This document shows, one piece after another, positions 46,583-56,119 of a stretch of DNA of 64,000 nt. Position 1 is the stretch's first letter, and each line of letters starts with the position of its first letter. This DNA comes from Candidatus Promineifilaceae bacterium. GTDB lineage: Bacteria > Chloroflexota > Anaerolineae > Promineifilales > Promineifilaceae. The DNA lies in the NCBI GenBank assembly GCA_046259725.1, contig JBJYWZ010000663.1, positions 16,098 through 80,097 of the forward strand, in the 5' to 3' direction. A program made the position numbers and the translations under genes. The notes under the pieces were generated by a model. It did not search any database, was not told the DNA's origin, and saw only the letters and a list, made by a program, of their open reading frames with translations.

Positions 46583-47704
46583 TCAGGAAAACTCTTGCTT
46601 GAGGGCTTCAATGATACGCAGGTCAGTGACGGCGAAGGGGAAGCGATCGAGATCATCAAGAGTTATCCAGGCGTGGTCGGCCACGCCAAGATGCTGTGGC
46701 TCGCCGGCTACGTGCTGCGCGTGATAGGCATGGAGTGTGATGCGAAAATGGGTATAAGCATGTTTGATCGTGCAGAGATAACGGCCGACCTCTATATCGA
46801 TGCCCAATTCCTCTATGATCTCTCGCTTCAATGCTTGCTCACGGGTTTCAAGCTCATTTACCTTTCCACCGGGAAACTCCCACAACCCGCCAAGCATACC
46901 GTCCAACGGGCGGCGGCTTATCAGGAACTGCCCGTCTTCGGCAATCTGCGAGCGCCAGATGATGCCGGCAACGACATCAAAGTGCGGCGTGCGTTTCCTG
47001 GGTGGGCGGACAGGACGTTCAAAATGAGTGCCGCGTTCACGTGAAAGACAAAATGGCTCTAACGGGCAGGTCGTGCATTGCGGTGAGATGGGGAGGCACA
47101 CCCGTTGTCCCAACTCCATCAATGCTTGATTATAGTCCCCGGGCCGTTCTACTGGAACGAGTTCGGCTGCCATCTGCCACAGTTCTTTGCGCGTTTCAGC
47201 GCGGGTTACATCATCAGGAATATCCGCCAGTCTGCTGAGGACGCGGATGATATTGCCATCCAGAACGGGAACGGGCTGAGCAAAGGCGATCGAAGCAATG
47301 GCGCCGGCGGTGTAACGGCCGATGCCCGGCAGTTTCATGAGTTGGGCATGCTCCTGCGGTATACGGCCGTTGTAGACATCCATGATCTGCTTGGCAGCGG
47401 CATGAAGATTTCGCGCTCGGCTGTAGTAGCCCAGGCCCTGCCAGAACTTAAGAACTTCATCCAGCGAGGATTTGGCTAGTTCGCCAATTGTTGGAAAACG
47501 CGCCATCCAGCGATCGTAGTATGGGATTACCGTGGCTACTTGCGTTTGCTGCAGCATGATCTCGGCGACCCATATAGCATAAGGATCGCTGGTGCGCCTC
47601 CATGGCAGATCGATGCGATTTTGATCCCACCAATACAGCAGTAATTTAACAGATTGTTCCTGTTGTTCCGCATTCAGGAAGTCCCGGGAATCCTTTTCCA
47701 TCAA
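46583..47704 (-). CDS. mutY: A/G-specific adenine DNA glycosylase
   Basis: 373 aa. HhH-GPD (LPGIGRYTAGAI), Fe-S cluster C-x6-C-x2-C-x5-C (CLPISPQCTTCPLEPFC) and a C-terminal NUDIX-like domain. Confidence 0.9.
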   Translation of the reverse strand: MMEKDSRDFLNAEQQEQSVKLLLYWWDQNRIDLPWRRTSDPYAIWVAEIMLQQTQVATVIPYYDRWMARFPTIGELAKSSLDEVLKFWQGLGYYSRARNLHAAAKQIMDVYNGRIPQEHAQLMKLPGIGRYTAGAIASIAFAQPVPVLDGNIIRVLSRLADIPDDVTRAETRKELWQMAAELVPVERPGDYNQALMELGQRVCLPISPQCTTCPLEPFCLSRERGTHFERPVRPPRKRTPHFDVVAGIIWRSQIAEDGQFLISRRPLDGMLGGLWEFPGGKVNELETREQALKREIIEELGIDIEVGRYLCTIKHAYTHFRITLHAYHAQHVAGEPQHLGVADHAWITLDDLDRFPFAVTDLRIIEALKQEFS

Positions 47705-47867
47705 ACGCTTTCTCCTGTGAAGCTCACTATATTCTAGACGACGCGCGGCCTACGCAAAAGCGACGCTCGCCTGATGAACAGCTCGATCAACTGATTTTGG
47801 GGAACTGCCGGCAGCCACTATCCGTCAGGCATAACAAATCGGCAAACTGCCTTTTTGGAGGTCTGGC

Positions 47868-48455
47868 ATGGCACCAATTGTAGCAAGAACAATAAGCGAA
47901 ACGGCCAGAGTGCCTGTACAAATCAAGATTCAATTTTTACGCCAGGTGATCGATCGGCTCGTCTTACAAGATCTGCGATCTTTGCTAAATCCGGGACAGG
48001 CACCGGCACCTTTAGTCGGCGCGGCGATGCTGGGAACGCTTTTAAGCTTTATTCCCGTTCCCTTCCTGGATACCTTTCTGGTGGGCTTTATCTTCGCACG
48101 ATTCAGGAACGTGAACCGCGCTGCTTTGCTGGCCGCTCGCGTCCTCTGGAATGATCTTATCGTCATTCCACTTTACCTACCCGGCTTTCGCTTCGGGATG
48201 AGTCTTCTAGAACCGCATTTTGCGGACAGCTTGGGATTGCCGGTACAGGCGGGCGCCTTTTTGCTTGGTTTATTTGCCCTGATGTTACTTGCGACCTGCA
48301 TAAGCGCTGTCGTGATGTTCAGCTTCATAACTCTGCTGCAATACCGTCATGGTTCGGTGGCAAATGGGATGATTGCGGACTCAATCTACTCTACGCAGGG
48401 CCGCGCGCACGGGGCTTCCGTCACCGCCGGCGATCTTCAACGGCAAGGCGCATAA
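47868..48455 (+). CDS. DUF2062-like membrane protein
   Basis: 195 aa. GAAMLGTLLSFIPVPFLDTFLVGFIFARFRNVNRAALLAARVLWNDLIVIPLY resembles the DUF2062 core. The 3' end overlaps the convergent gene by 75 nt. Confidence 0.55.
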   Translation: MAPIVARTISETARVPVQIKIQFLRQVIDRLVLQDLRSLLNPGQAPAPLVGAAMLGTLLSFIPVPFLDTFLVGFIFARFRNVNRAALLAARVLWNDLIVIPLYLPGFRFGMSLLEPHFADSLGLPVQAGAFLLGLFALMLLATCISAVVMFSFITLLQYRHGSVANGMIADSIYSTQGRAHGASVTAGDLQRQGA

Positions 48456-49019
48456 TTCATACAACCCATCATCGGCAAGGCCTAGATCAAGTCCTTCGAG
48501 TATGGCGATCTTGTTTCTTACCATGGCCTGATGGCCCGGTAAAGTCGTGCTCTCCAGGGCATCCATAGATGGAGCATCGGTCCCATAAAGAACAACACCG
48601 CACTCTTTTAAGTAATCGGATAGCGCCGGATCGGGGTGGGGGAAAGCATTAGGAAACCGGTTGTATGGATTCTTGCCCGCTGGCGTACGCACAAGCAGGC
48701 GCGGCGCCAACGAGAGATCATACATGGAAAAATCTTCAGGCAGCAAGGAACCCTCTTTTTTCTGTGCCGTTACAACCTGGGCCAGTCCCCAATAGGGCAG
48801 GAGATCCACCTGGTCCATCTTTAATCCCTGGCTGGTGACATGGTAAGGCGCGTCAGCGTGGCTGGCCGTATGGGCGCTCAGTGTCAGTGTGGTCAGGTTT
48901 ACCATGTCGCCGGCATTGATGGACACTTGTGTCGCGATATTCACCGCTGTGTCGCCTGGCCAGACGGCCGTATCTTTGGCGATTTTCTTGCTTATGTCAA
49001 TAATGTGTGTGTTATACAC
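48381..49019 (-). CDS. Cyclase-family protein / kynurenine-formamidase-like
   Basis: 212 aa. H-x3-H-x-D-x-P-x-H metal motif (HTASHADAPYH). Confidence 0.75.
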   Translation of the reverse strand: MYNTHIIDISKKIAKDTAVWPGDTAVNIATQVSINAGDMVNLTTLTLSAHTASHADAPYHVTSQGLKMDQVDLLPYWGLAQVVTAQKKEGSLLPEDFSMYDLSLAPRLLVRTPAGKNPYNRFPNAFPHPDPALSDYLKECGVVLYGTDAPSMDALESTTLPGHQAMVRNKIAILEGLDLGLADDGLYELCALPLKIAGGDGSPVRAALRRVD

Positions 49020-49085
49020 CGGCGCTCTCCTTCTACTGAACGATTAAAGCTAAGCTTCAAATTCAACATGTTGTGACTGATAGTT

Positions 49086-50483
49086 ATGTCGCGAGACTTG
49101 AAAAGTATATTGGACATGAGTCGAGTTTCCAACCGGATTACGGTAAGAATATGGGAAGATTTGTCAGCACCCTCGTGGCAATGGGACAATAAGCATCCTA
49201 TGCTACCGCCAAATAAAGGGTTCTTCTTCTTGGTTCTTTCAGTTGTTTTGACGGCCGCCGGTCTGGCGGCCGTGCTTCTGGCGGAACCGAAACCGAGCGC
49301 GTTTTTGCCGGCGCTGTTCAGGCAAGATGACAAAGAACGGCCGATGCAGGAAGTGCGAGCCCTTTGGGTGACGCGCTTCGATTGGATGCAAACCGGTGAG
49401 GCGGATCCCGCAAAAATCGATGAGCTCGTAGCCAACGCCGCCTCAGCCGGCTTCAACACGATCTACTTTCAGGTGCGTGCTGAGGCCGACGCTTACTATG
49501 ACTCCAATGTTGAGCCCTGGTCGAGGCGCCTGACAGGCGAACTCGGCCGTGATCCGGGCTGGGATCCCCTGGCCAGACTGATCGGGAAAGCCCATACACG
49601 CGGCCTGCAGGTACATGCCTATATCAATGTATATCCGCTCTGGACGGGATGCGACGTGCCGCCAGACAACACGTCTCCGCGACACCTTTATTATCTTCTA
49701 CAAGATTATCACGGTACGACGGATGGGAAGCTCAATGGCGCTCAATGGAGCACGAACGATGCGGTTTACTGTCTTCCCTATTTCCGCGTCAGTCCGGCCT
49801 CGGTCATGTTTGACAACCATTTGTTGGCCGTGGTCAAAGATCTGGTGCAGAACAATGATATTGACGGCATTCATCTCGATCACATTCGCTACGCCGGAGA
49901 GCAGGCGTCCTGCGATCCAGTGAGCGAAGAGAGATTTGGTGAGGAGTGTTTCGGTTCCCCGGGATATGGGGATTGGCAGCGACAGCAGATCAATGGAACG
50001 GTTGAGAAGCTGTACAAAGAAGTAACTACCATGAATCCGCAGCTCTGGTTAACGGCGGCCGTCTGGCCGGTTTACCGGGATGTTTATGGTTGGGGCGTCA
50101 ACAGCGCATATGATACATATTACCAGGATCCGAAGGCATGGCTTTCCAGTGGCAATATCGATGGCGTTTCGCCAATGATTTACACTGGCAGCCCCGACTG
50201 CAATGGCACCTACTTCTGGACCCGGGAACGATGGTCGATCCTGGTTGACGATTACCAGCAGGGAGGCGGCGGTCGCTATGTAATTCCAGGCATTGGTGTA
50301 AACTACTGCACGTCAGATGATTTCGCCGAAATTGAAGCGCGCATTGAGATGGCCCGCGCGAAGGGTTCGGCAGGGCATGCCATATTCTCTTACAGCAGTC
50401 TGCTGCAAAAGGACTACTTTGACGATCTCGCCGAAGGTCCCTATTCCATACCGGCGAGCGTGCCTCCCTTGCCCTGGCATTAA
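49086..50483 (+). CDS. Glycoside-hydrolase-like family 10 (GHL10/DUF187, YngK-like) protein with N-terminal anchor
   Basis: 465 aa. TM FFFLVLSVVLTAAGLAAVLL, then RALWVTRFDW... and GIHLDHIRY motifs typical of GHL10 TIM-barrel proteins. The exact start is uncertain. Confidence 0.65.
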   Translation: MSRDLKSILDMSRVSNRITVRIWEDLSAPSWQWDNKHPMLPPNKGFFFLVLSVVLTAAGLAAVLLAEPKPSAFLPALFRQDDKERPMQEVRALWVTRFDWMQTGEADPAKIDELVANAASAGFNTIYFQVRAEADAYYDSNVEPWSRRLTGELGRDPGWDPLARLIGKAHTRGLQVHAYINVYPLWTGCDVPPDNTSPRHLYYLLQDYHGTTDGKLNGAQWSTNDAVYCLPYFRVSPASVMFDNHLLAVVKDLVQNNDIDGIHLDHIRYAGEQASCDPVSEERFGEECFGSPGYGDWQRQQINGTVEKLYKEVTTMNPQLWLTAAVWPVYRDVYGWGVNSAYDTYYQDPKAWLSSGNIDGVSPMIYTGSPDCNGTYFWTRERWSILVDDYQQGGGGRYVIPGIGVNYCTSDDFAEIEARIEMARAKGSAGHAIFSYSSLLQKDYFDDLAEGPYSIPASVPPLPWH

Positions 50484-50551
50484 TAAGCCGTAGGGCAATC
50501 GCCACCATCGGAATGTGTTCAAGTGTAATATTAGGCTTCTAATAGGTCTAG

Positions 50552-50944
50552 ATGAACGATCAAGAACAGCAGAATCAGGATTGGCTTCTGAAAAAAGGTA
50601 AAATTGTCGAGCAGCCTTTTGAATCGACGGTCCCTTTATTTGGACCGCTCATTGCCCGGCTTCGCTCATCGTGGAACAACGTGGCCGCCAAGTGGTATGT
50701 TCGGCCGATGCTGGCGCAGCAAAATGAGTACAATCGTTTGCTTGTCGAGCGGGTACAAGATTTCGAGGCCTACACATACGAATTAACCGCTGAACAAGAT
50801 CGTGATTTGAGCCGGCTGCGGCACGACCTGGCCGCCTTACACCTTGAGCTGCGAAGACTGAACCAGCATTTAGACGACCTTGGCGCCCAATTGGGGGAAA
50901 TCAGCAGCGACCAGGAGTCCAGTGGTGACGGTGAGTCTGTTTGA
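50552..50944 (+). CDS. GT-associated small coiled-coil protein, paralog P1 (N-terminally shorter)
   Basis: 130 aa. Core VPLFGPLIARLRSSWNNVAAKWYVRPMLAQQNEYNRLLVERV aligns with P2-P4. Heptad-like tail LRHDLAALHLELRRLNQHLDDLGAQL. Confidence 0.65.
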   Translation: MNDQEQQNQDWLLKKGKIVEQPFESTVPLFGPLIARLRSSWNNVAAKWYVRPMLAQQNEYNRLLVERVQDFEAYTYELTAEQDRDLSRLRHDLAALHLELRRLNQHLDDLGAQLGEISSDQESSGDGESV

Positions 50945-50989
50945 ACTGAGCTGGCCCACGTTAAGCGAACTAATAATCGAGATGGCGCA

Positions 50990-52165
50990 TTGCGAATAGC
51001 ATACTTTAGTCCCTTGCCGCCGCAGCGGAGCGGTATCGCTGATTACAGTGGTGAACTGATTCCCCATCTATCACGATTAGCAGATCTAACCCTCTTTACG
51101 GCCGATCCCGATGCGGTGGATAAGGCTGTCGCCGTCCAATATGATCTGCGCAGTCACGAGCAGTTTGGAGATCTGAGCGATCAATTTGATCTCGCGCTCT
51201 ATCACATTGGCAACAGCGAGTACCATGATGATATTGCGCGTATAGCTTTTGATGCGCCCGGCGTCATTGTCTTACATGATCACAATCTGCACCACGCAGT
51301 GGCGCTGAGAACGATTGGCAAGGGAGACCGTTTTGCGTACGCTCGTGAAATGGGCTACGAAAGAGGAGCAGATGGCGTACGCCGGGCGATGGCTACTCGT
51401 TATGGCATCGAGCCGCCTCTATTTGAGAATCCTCTAAACGGCCGTTTGCTGGATGCAAGCCTGGGCGTAATTGTCCACAGCCAATATACGGCTCGGCTTG
51501 TTGAACGGCAGGGGTATAGAGGATCTCTGTCGATCATACCGGCACTCATAGCGCCGTTCTCCGGCCGGTCGCGCCGCCGCGAACTGAATCTTCCCGACGA
51601 CGCCGTGCTCTTTGGTAGTTTTGGCTTGATTTCGAAAGAGAAACAGATAATAGAGACGCTGCATGCACTGCGCCGCCTGCGCACCGAGATGCCGAACGCC
51701 TATTACTTGCTTGTTGGAAACGTCGTGGCAGAGCTGCCGGTTGAAGAGGCGATTCAAGAGTTGGGCCTGCACGACGCGGTTTTCTATGCCGGTTATGCCG
51801 CACAGCTCTCGGACTTTGTCGACTGGATCCATACGGCTGATGTCGTCATTAACCTGCGCAGCCCAACGGTTGGCGAAACTTCAGCGGCGGCGCTGCGAGC
51901 GATGGCAGCCGGTAAGGCGTTGATCATCAATGACGATGGCTGGTATCGCGAAATTCCTTCCGCCGCCGCGGCCAAGATCCCGCCTGGAGACGAAAGCGCA
52001 CTGCTGGACGTCATGCGCTCCATCGGGCAATCAGAAGCGGTGCGGCAAGCCATGGGAAATGCCGGCCGGCAATACACGCGTAAGGTATGCAGCCCCGGGA
52101 AAATCGCCGAGGAGTATGTCCGCACCTTGACCAGAATCATGAGGACGGCGCGGATTTATGGTTAG
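50990..52165 (+). CDS. GT4-family glycosyltransferase
   Basis: 391 aa. The TTG start yields MRIAYFSPLPPQRSGIADYS, a typical GT4 N-terminus. C-terminal Rossmann half with GETSAAALRAMAAGKALI. Confidence 0.8.
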   Translation: MRIAYFSPLPPQRSGIADYSGELIPHLSRLADLTLFTADPDAVDKAVAVQYDLRSHEQFGDLSDQFDLALYHIGNSEYHDDIARIAFDAPGVIVLHDHNLHHAVALRTIGKGDRFAYAREMGYERGADGVRRAMATRYGIEPPLFENPLNGRLLDASLGVIVHSQYTARLVERQGYRGSLSIIPALIAPFSGRSRRRELNLPDDAVLFGSFGLISKEKQIIETLHALRRLRTEMPNAYYLLVGNVVAELPVEEAIQELGLHDAVFYAGYAAQLSDFVDWIHTADVVINLRSPTVGETSAAALRAMAAGKALIINDDGWYREIPSAAAAKIPPGDESALLDVMRSIGQSEAVRQAMGNAGRQYTRKVCSPGKIAEEYVRTLTRIMRTARIYG

Positions 52166-54335
52166 CTGGCTTGTCATCCTGGTTGTCGCGCTTACTGTGA
52201 CTGGATTGGGCGGCATGGTGGTACTGCAGTTCTTACCACTGCGCGCATGGCTCTCTGTGGAGGGCATATTCGCCTCCCTGACCATCGGTACTGTGCTTGG
52301 CGGCTGGCTGGCACTTGTCCTGGCTGAAATGGGAGCATTTTCCCTGAGTTCATTGTTGGTTGTATGGTTGGCCGTCTTGTTGTTGCTTGGTGGAATCGCC
52401 GCTGCACGTCTGGAGAGCACAGCCGCGGCGTATGAAGTGCAGACGATCTCCGGTAAGACACAGGAGAACGAATGGACGACGGAGGACAGTTTCTTTCTAC
52501 TTCTGCTCATTGTCTGGCTCATTGCTGCTTTCTGGCTCTACTTTCGCCCGCATGAGTACATACTGGGCGGTGCCGATGCCGGTGTCTATGTCAGTATTGG
52601 CGCCGAAATTGCACAGAATGGCGGAATTACACAGCAGGATAAGGTGCTGTCGCAGTTGGATCCGGCGCTGCAAGCTGTCTTATTACGCCCGCTTCCTGGA
52701 AACCCGGTGGCCGGCTCCTATCTCTTTCCCGGTTTCTATGTTACGAATGCCGTTAGTGGAGCAGTTACGCCGCAGTTTTATCCCCTGCATCCGATATGGC
52801 AGGCCGTTGCATTCAGCATGAGTAGTTCGGTTGAGCAAGGCGTACGTGCTGAACTGCTGATCACGGGGATGTGGATGGCCCTGGCATCGCTGGCCGTCAT
52901 CCTGACGACAAGGGAGGTAGGGGGCCGGTTTGCCGCCGTATTGGTTATGGCGGCACTCGCCGTGGCGGCTTTGCAAGTGTGGTTTGCCCGCTACCCGACC
53001 ACCGAGGCGCTTACACAATTTCTTATGTGGTCAGGAATTTGGGCCACTGTGCGCTGGTTGGGTGATGAGAAACCGCCATCGTTATGGGCATTGGTCGGCG
53101 GATCAGCATTAGGTGCCGTGTTTTTGGTTCGCATAGACATGTTGGTACTGCTGCCGATATTTGTCGTTCTGGTGGCCGGATTGTGGCTGCGTGGTTGGAA
53201 AAGAAGTGACTGGTGGTTTCTGGTTCCCTTCTCATTTCTCGTTTTTTATTCCTTCTTTCATGGCATTGTCTTCAGTGCTCCCTACTTCAGCGAGCATGTT
53301 GGCTATGGTCTGAATTTGCTTCTGGCAAACTGGTGGATAATCATTGCCGGTTTGCTGATTGGGGGGAGCGCGTTATGGCTGATATCGCGTTACCGAGATA
53401 GGCATGGTGAGCTTGAGCGTTACCGCGCCCCTTTTCTTATACTTCTGATCGCTGGTTTTCTTGCGTACGCGATTTATGGATGGTTTATCCGGCCGGTCAT
53501 CAATGAGGCTACTTTGCGTCCCGATTTATACAGCGAGTCGCTGCTGCTGATCACCAATCACGAGAACTGGCGCCGCCTGGGTTGGTATTTGTCAGCGCCT
53601 GGGATATGGTTGGCCGTTGCCGGCATTTGCCTTCTGATCTGGCGAGTAGAAAGCAGAACAGCCCTGCTCGTTGCTACCGGCGTCGTGTTTTCCGTCATTT
53701 ACTTGTGGAATGCGCAGGCGAATCCGCACCAGATTTATGTCATGCGGCGCTATGTCCCGGTGGTGGCCCCGTTTTTTCTGCTGGCAGGCGCTTATTTTAT
53801 CAGCAAGGCGGCGGACTATGTTTATAGATCGAGGCAAGTGGGAGCGAACGGCCGTTTGGTCGGAATCATTACTACGCTGGCAGTGGGAGCGTTATGGCTC
53901 GCGCTGCTGGGATGGTCGGCGCGAGGATTCATCAGCCAGGTCGATAATAAGGGCGTTATCGAACAGCTTGCCCTGATTAACGATGAGCTTCCCCCGAACA
54001 GCGTGCTGCTTTTCTACGACCAATCTCCGGTGGGCCTGGGGGATTTTTGGGGAACGCCGCTGAAATATCTCTATGGTCATGACGCGTTTACCATTAGAGA
54101 TGTCGATCTACTGGCTGACGCGCCCCTGGCTGAGACCATTGAGTTCTGGCAAAATAGCGGTCAACCGGTTGTCTGGATTGGCGATCCAACCTGGCTGATC
54201 GATCATGATTTTGATTTCGAGGCGCACGGTTTTGATATCGCCAGCACGCAGATGGAGAGCAGCTACGAACATAAGCCTCAGCAGATTATTCCCGTGAGCT
54301 GGCGCCTGGAGGCCGCCTATATTGAGCGTAACTGA
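52158..54335 (+). CDS. Large polytopic membrane protein, GT-C-fold glycosyltransferase-like
   Basis: 725 aa, roughly 14 or more helices. An Asp-containing first loop (RPHEYILGGADAGVYVSIG) and a ~130-aa soluble C-terminus. The ATG overlaps the upstream GT4 stop by 8 nt. Confidence 0.45.
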   Translation: MVSWLVILVVALTVTGLGGMVVLQFLPLRAWLSVEGIFASLTIGTVLGGWLALVLAEMGAFSLSSLLVVWLAVLLLLGGIAAARLESTAAAYEVQTISGKTQENEWTTEDSFFLLLLIVWLIAAFWLYFRPHEYILGGADAGVYVSIGAEIAQNGGITQQDKVLSQLDPALQAVLLRPLPGNPVAGSYLFPGFYVTNAVSGAVTPQFYPLHPIWQAVAFSMSSSVEQGVRAELLITGMWMALASLAVILTTREVGGRFAAVLVMAALAVAALQVWFARYPTTEALTQFLMWSGIWATVRWLGDEKPPSLWALVGGSALGAVFLVRIDMLVLLPIFVVLVAGLWLRGWKRSDWWFLVPFSFLVFYSFFHGIVFSAPYFSEHVGYGLNLLLANWWIIIAGLLIGGSALWLISRYRDRHGELERYRAPFLILLIAGFLAYAIYGWFIRPVINEATLRPDLYSESLLLITNHENWRRLGWYLSAPGIWLAVAGICLLIWRVESRTALLVATGVVFSVIYLWNAQANPHQIYVMRRYVPVVAPFFLLAGAYFISKAADYVYRSRQVGANGRLVGIITTLAVGALWLALLGWSARGFISQVDNKGVIEQLALINDELPPNSVLLFYDQSPVGLGDFWGTPLKYLYGHDAFTIRDVDLLADAPLAETIEFWQNSGQPVVWIGDPTWLIDHDFDFEAHGFDIASTQMESSYEHKPQQIIPVSWRLEAAYIERN

Positions 54336-54379
54336 GAGGCAACCTCCGTGAACAGCGGGCGAGAGCCAGCGAGGAAAGC

Positions 54380-54907
54380 ATGTCAGAGAACAGTGTAAGA
54401 GAAACGCAGCGCGAACTGCCGTCAACTGATCTGATCGAGATTCACGATCCAGAAATCGATCAGGAAGCGATCATGGCCGAAATCAGACGACGTATTCAGG
54501 AGCGGCGGCAGGAATTGGGTTATGAGACAAAACAGTTCGGTACATACGGAGGCTCACATTTCCCCGGACGTCCGGACGATGTGCCTTATGATCCGGATTT
54601 CTATGACCATCTGGAGTTGGCCAATAGCCTTTATCTTCAAGCCCCGACCGAAGTAGATTTACAGCCTTCTCCGGCCACGCACGTGCCGGTTCTGGGCTCC
54701 TTGTGGTCATTGATTCGTGAGCAGGTGCATGGCCTGGTTCTGTATTATGTGAATCGCTCGGTAAGTCACCAGACCGGCGTTAACCGTGAAATTATCAGCG
54801 TCCTCAATAAGATGACGGCTATTAACCTGGAACAACAACGCACGATAGGCAGACTGCAGGCGGAACTTGATGGGCTGCGTGCGGAGCTGGAGAAACGCAA
54901 GAGTTAG
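54380..54907 (+). CDS. GT-associated small coiled-coil protein, paralog P2
   Basis: 175 aa. AIMAEIRRRIQERR, PDFYDHLELAN, PVLGSLWSLIREQVHGLVLYYVNRSVSHQTGVNREII, and tail RLQAELDGLRAELEKRK. GAGGA RBS upstream. Confidence 0.7.
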   Translation: MSENSVRETQRELPSTDLIEIHDPEIDQEAIMAEIRRRIQERRQELGYETKQFGTYGGSHFPGRPDDVPYDPDFYDHLELANSLYLQAPTEVDLQPSPATHVPVLGSLWSLIREQVHGLVLYYVNRSVSHQTGVNREIISVLNKMTAINLEQQRTIGRLQAELDGLRAELEKRKS

Positions 54908-54911
54908 GGGA

Positions 54912-56075
54912 ATGCGTATTGCTTTCATTTTAGCACGATACGGCCGTTCTGTTATTGGTGGTGCCGAGGTCCTTGCCCGAGGATTGGTTAGGGAGGCGGT
55001 AAAACAGGATTGGGAGGTAGAAGTATGGACCACCTGCGCGGTGGATTACACGACTTGGTCCAATGAGCTGCCGTCCGGTATGGCCATTGAAGAGGGAGTG
55101 CCCGTCAGGCGATTTCCTGTAGATGAGTGGCATGCCACGGAACACCATACCCTGAACCAGCGCCTCCTGCAGGGAAACTATCGGGATAGTACCTTCCAAT
55201 ATGACTGGGTTTCCAGCGGCCCACACAGCATGGAGCTGAACCAGTATGTCATGCGGAACGCGGGGGATTTTGATGCGATTGTTACCATGCCCTACTTGAA
55301 CAGCATCCCGTTTGACGCCGCCTGGCTCGCTGGCGATAACGTTGTGCTTGTGCCCTGCCTGCACAATGAACCGACCGCTTATCTGGAACCTTTCCGCTTG
55401 CTGCTTGAAACTGTATCCGGTGTCATTTTTATCTCGCCTGAGGAAGCCGGCTTTGCCCTTGATAATCTGGGAATTTCTATCGATCGCAGCGCAGTTATCG
55501 GCAGTGGTGTGGAATTTGAAGCCCCTTGCGATCCAAAGTCAGATAAAGGAGCGCCCTATCTGCTGTATGTGGGCAGGCTTGATCAGGGCAAGAACGTATC
55601 ATTGCTCTACGATTTTGTCAGCCGGTATGCCGAGGAGGGTGGGGATTTAAAACTTGTAGTTGCCGGAAACGGTCCCCGGAAACCCCCGGATCGCCCAGAA
55701 TTTATTTATCTGGGACCGGTTTCTGATGAAGAAAAAAATCGCCTGTACGGCGAATCGCTGGCACTTTGCCAGCCATCCTCGAACGAAAGCTTTTCCCTTG
55801 TTATCATGGAGTCATGGCTTGCCAGACGTCCGGTGCTTGTTTACGCAGGCTGTGATGTGACACAGGGCCATGTCCGGCGCAGCAAGGGCGGGCTGTGGTT
55901 TGATAACTACCAAGAATTCATAGGCGCGGTCGAGTGGCTAAAACAGCATGAAACAGCCGCAGCGCGCATGGGCCATAACGGATACCGTTACGTAAGTGAG
56001 AATTTCACCTGGCAGCGAATTTTCGATAAATTTGCCCGGACATTGTCAGCGTGGGGGTTTGGAGACAGTCGATGA
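54912..56075 (+). CDS. GT4-family glycosyltransferase (type a)
   Basis: ATG 4 nt after the P2 stop (MRIAFILARYGRSVIGGAEV). EX7E motif SSNESFSLVIMESW. Paralog of 57290-58468. Confidence 0.85.
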   Translation: MRIAFILARYGRSVIGGAEVLARGLVREAVKQDWEVEVWTTCAVDYTTWSNELPSGMAIEEGVPVRRFPVDEWHATEHHTLNQRLLQGNYRDSTFQYDWVSSGPHSMELNQYVMRNAGDFDAIVTMPYLNSIPFDAAWLAGDNVVLVPCLHNEPTAYLEPFRLLLETVSGVIFISPEEAGFALDNLGISIDRSAVIGSGVEFEAPCDPKSDKGAPYLLYVGRLDQGKNVSLLYDFVSRYAEEGGDLKLVVAGNGPRKPPDRPEFIYLGPVSDEEKNRLYGESLALCQPSSNESFSLVIMESWLARRPVLVYAGCDVTQGHVRRSKGGLWFDNYQEFIGAVEWLKQHETAAARMGHNGYRYVSENFTWQRIFDKFARTLSAWGFGDSR

Positions 56076-56119
56076 TTCCTCCTGCCAGATCAGGTCGGCG
56101 GGTCATTCCGTGAAGTTTT

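Noticed and set aside
46526-47044. 172-aa plus-strand ORF
   Set aside because: It is antisense to mutY, which has HhH-GPD, Fe-S cluster and NUDIX-like regions.
52031-52522. 163-aa minus-strand ORF
   Set aside because: It is antisense across the GT4/GT-C junction and has low-complexity Ser/Thr/Ala/Pro composition.
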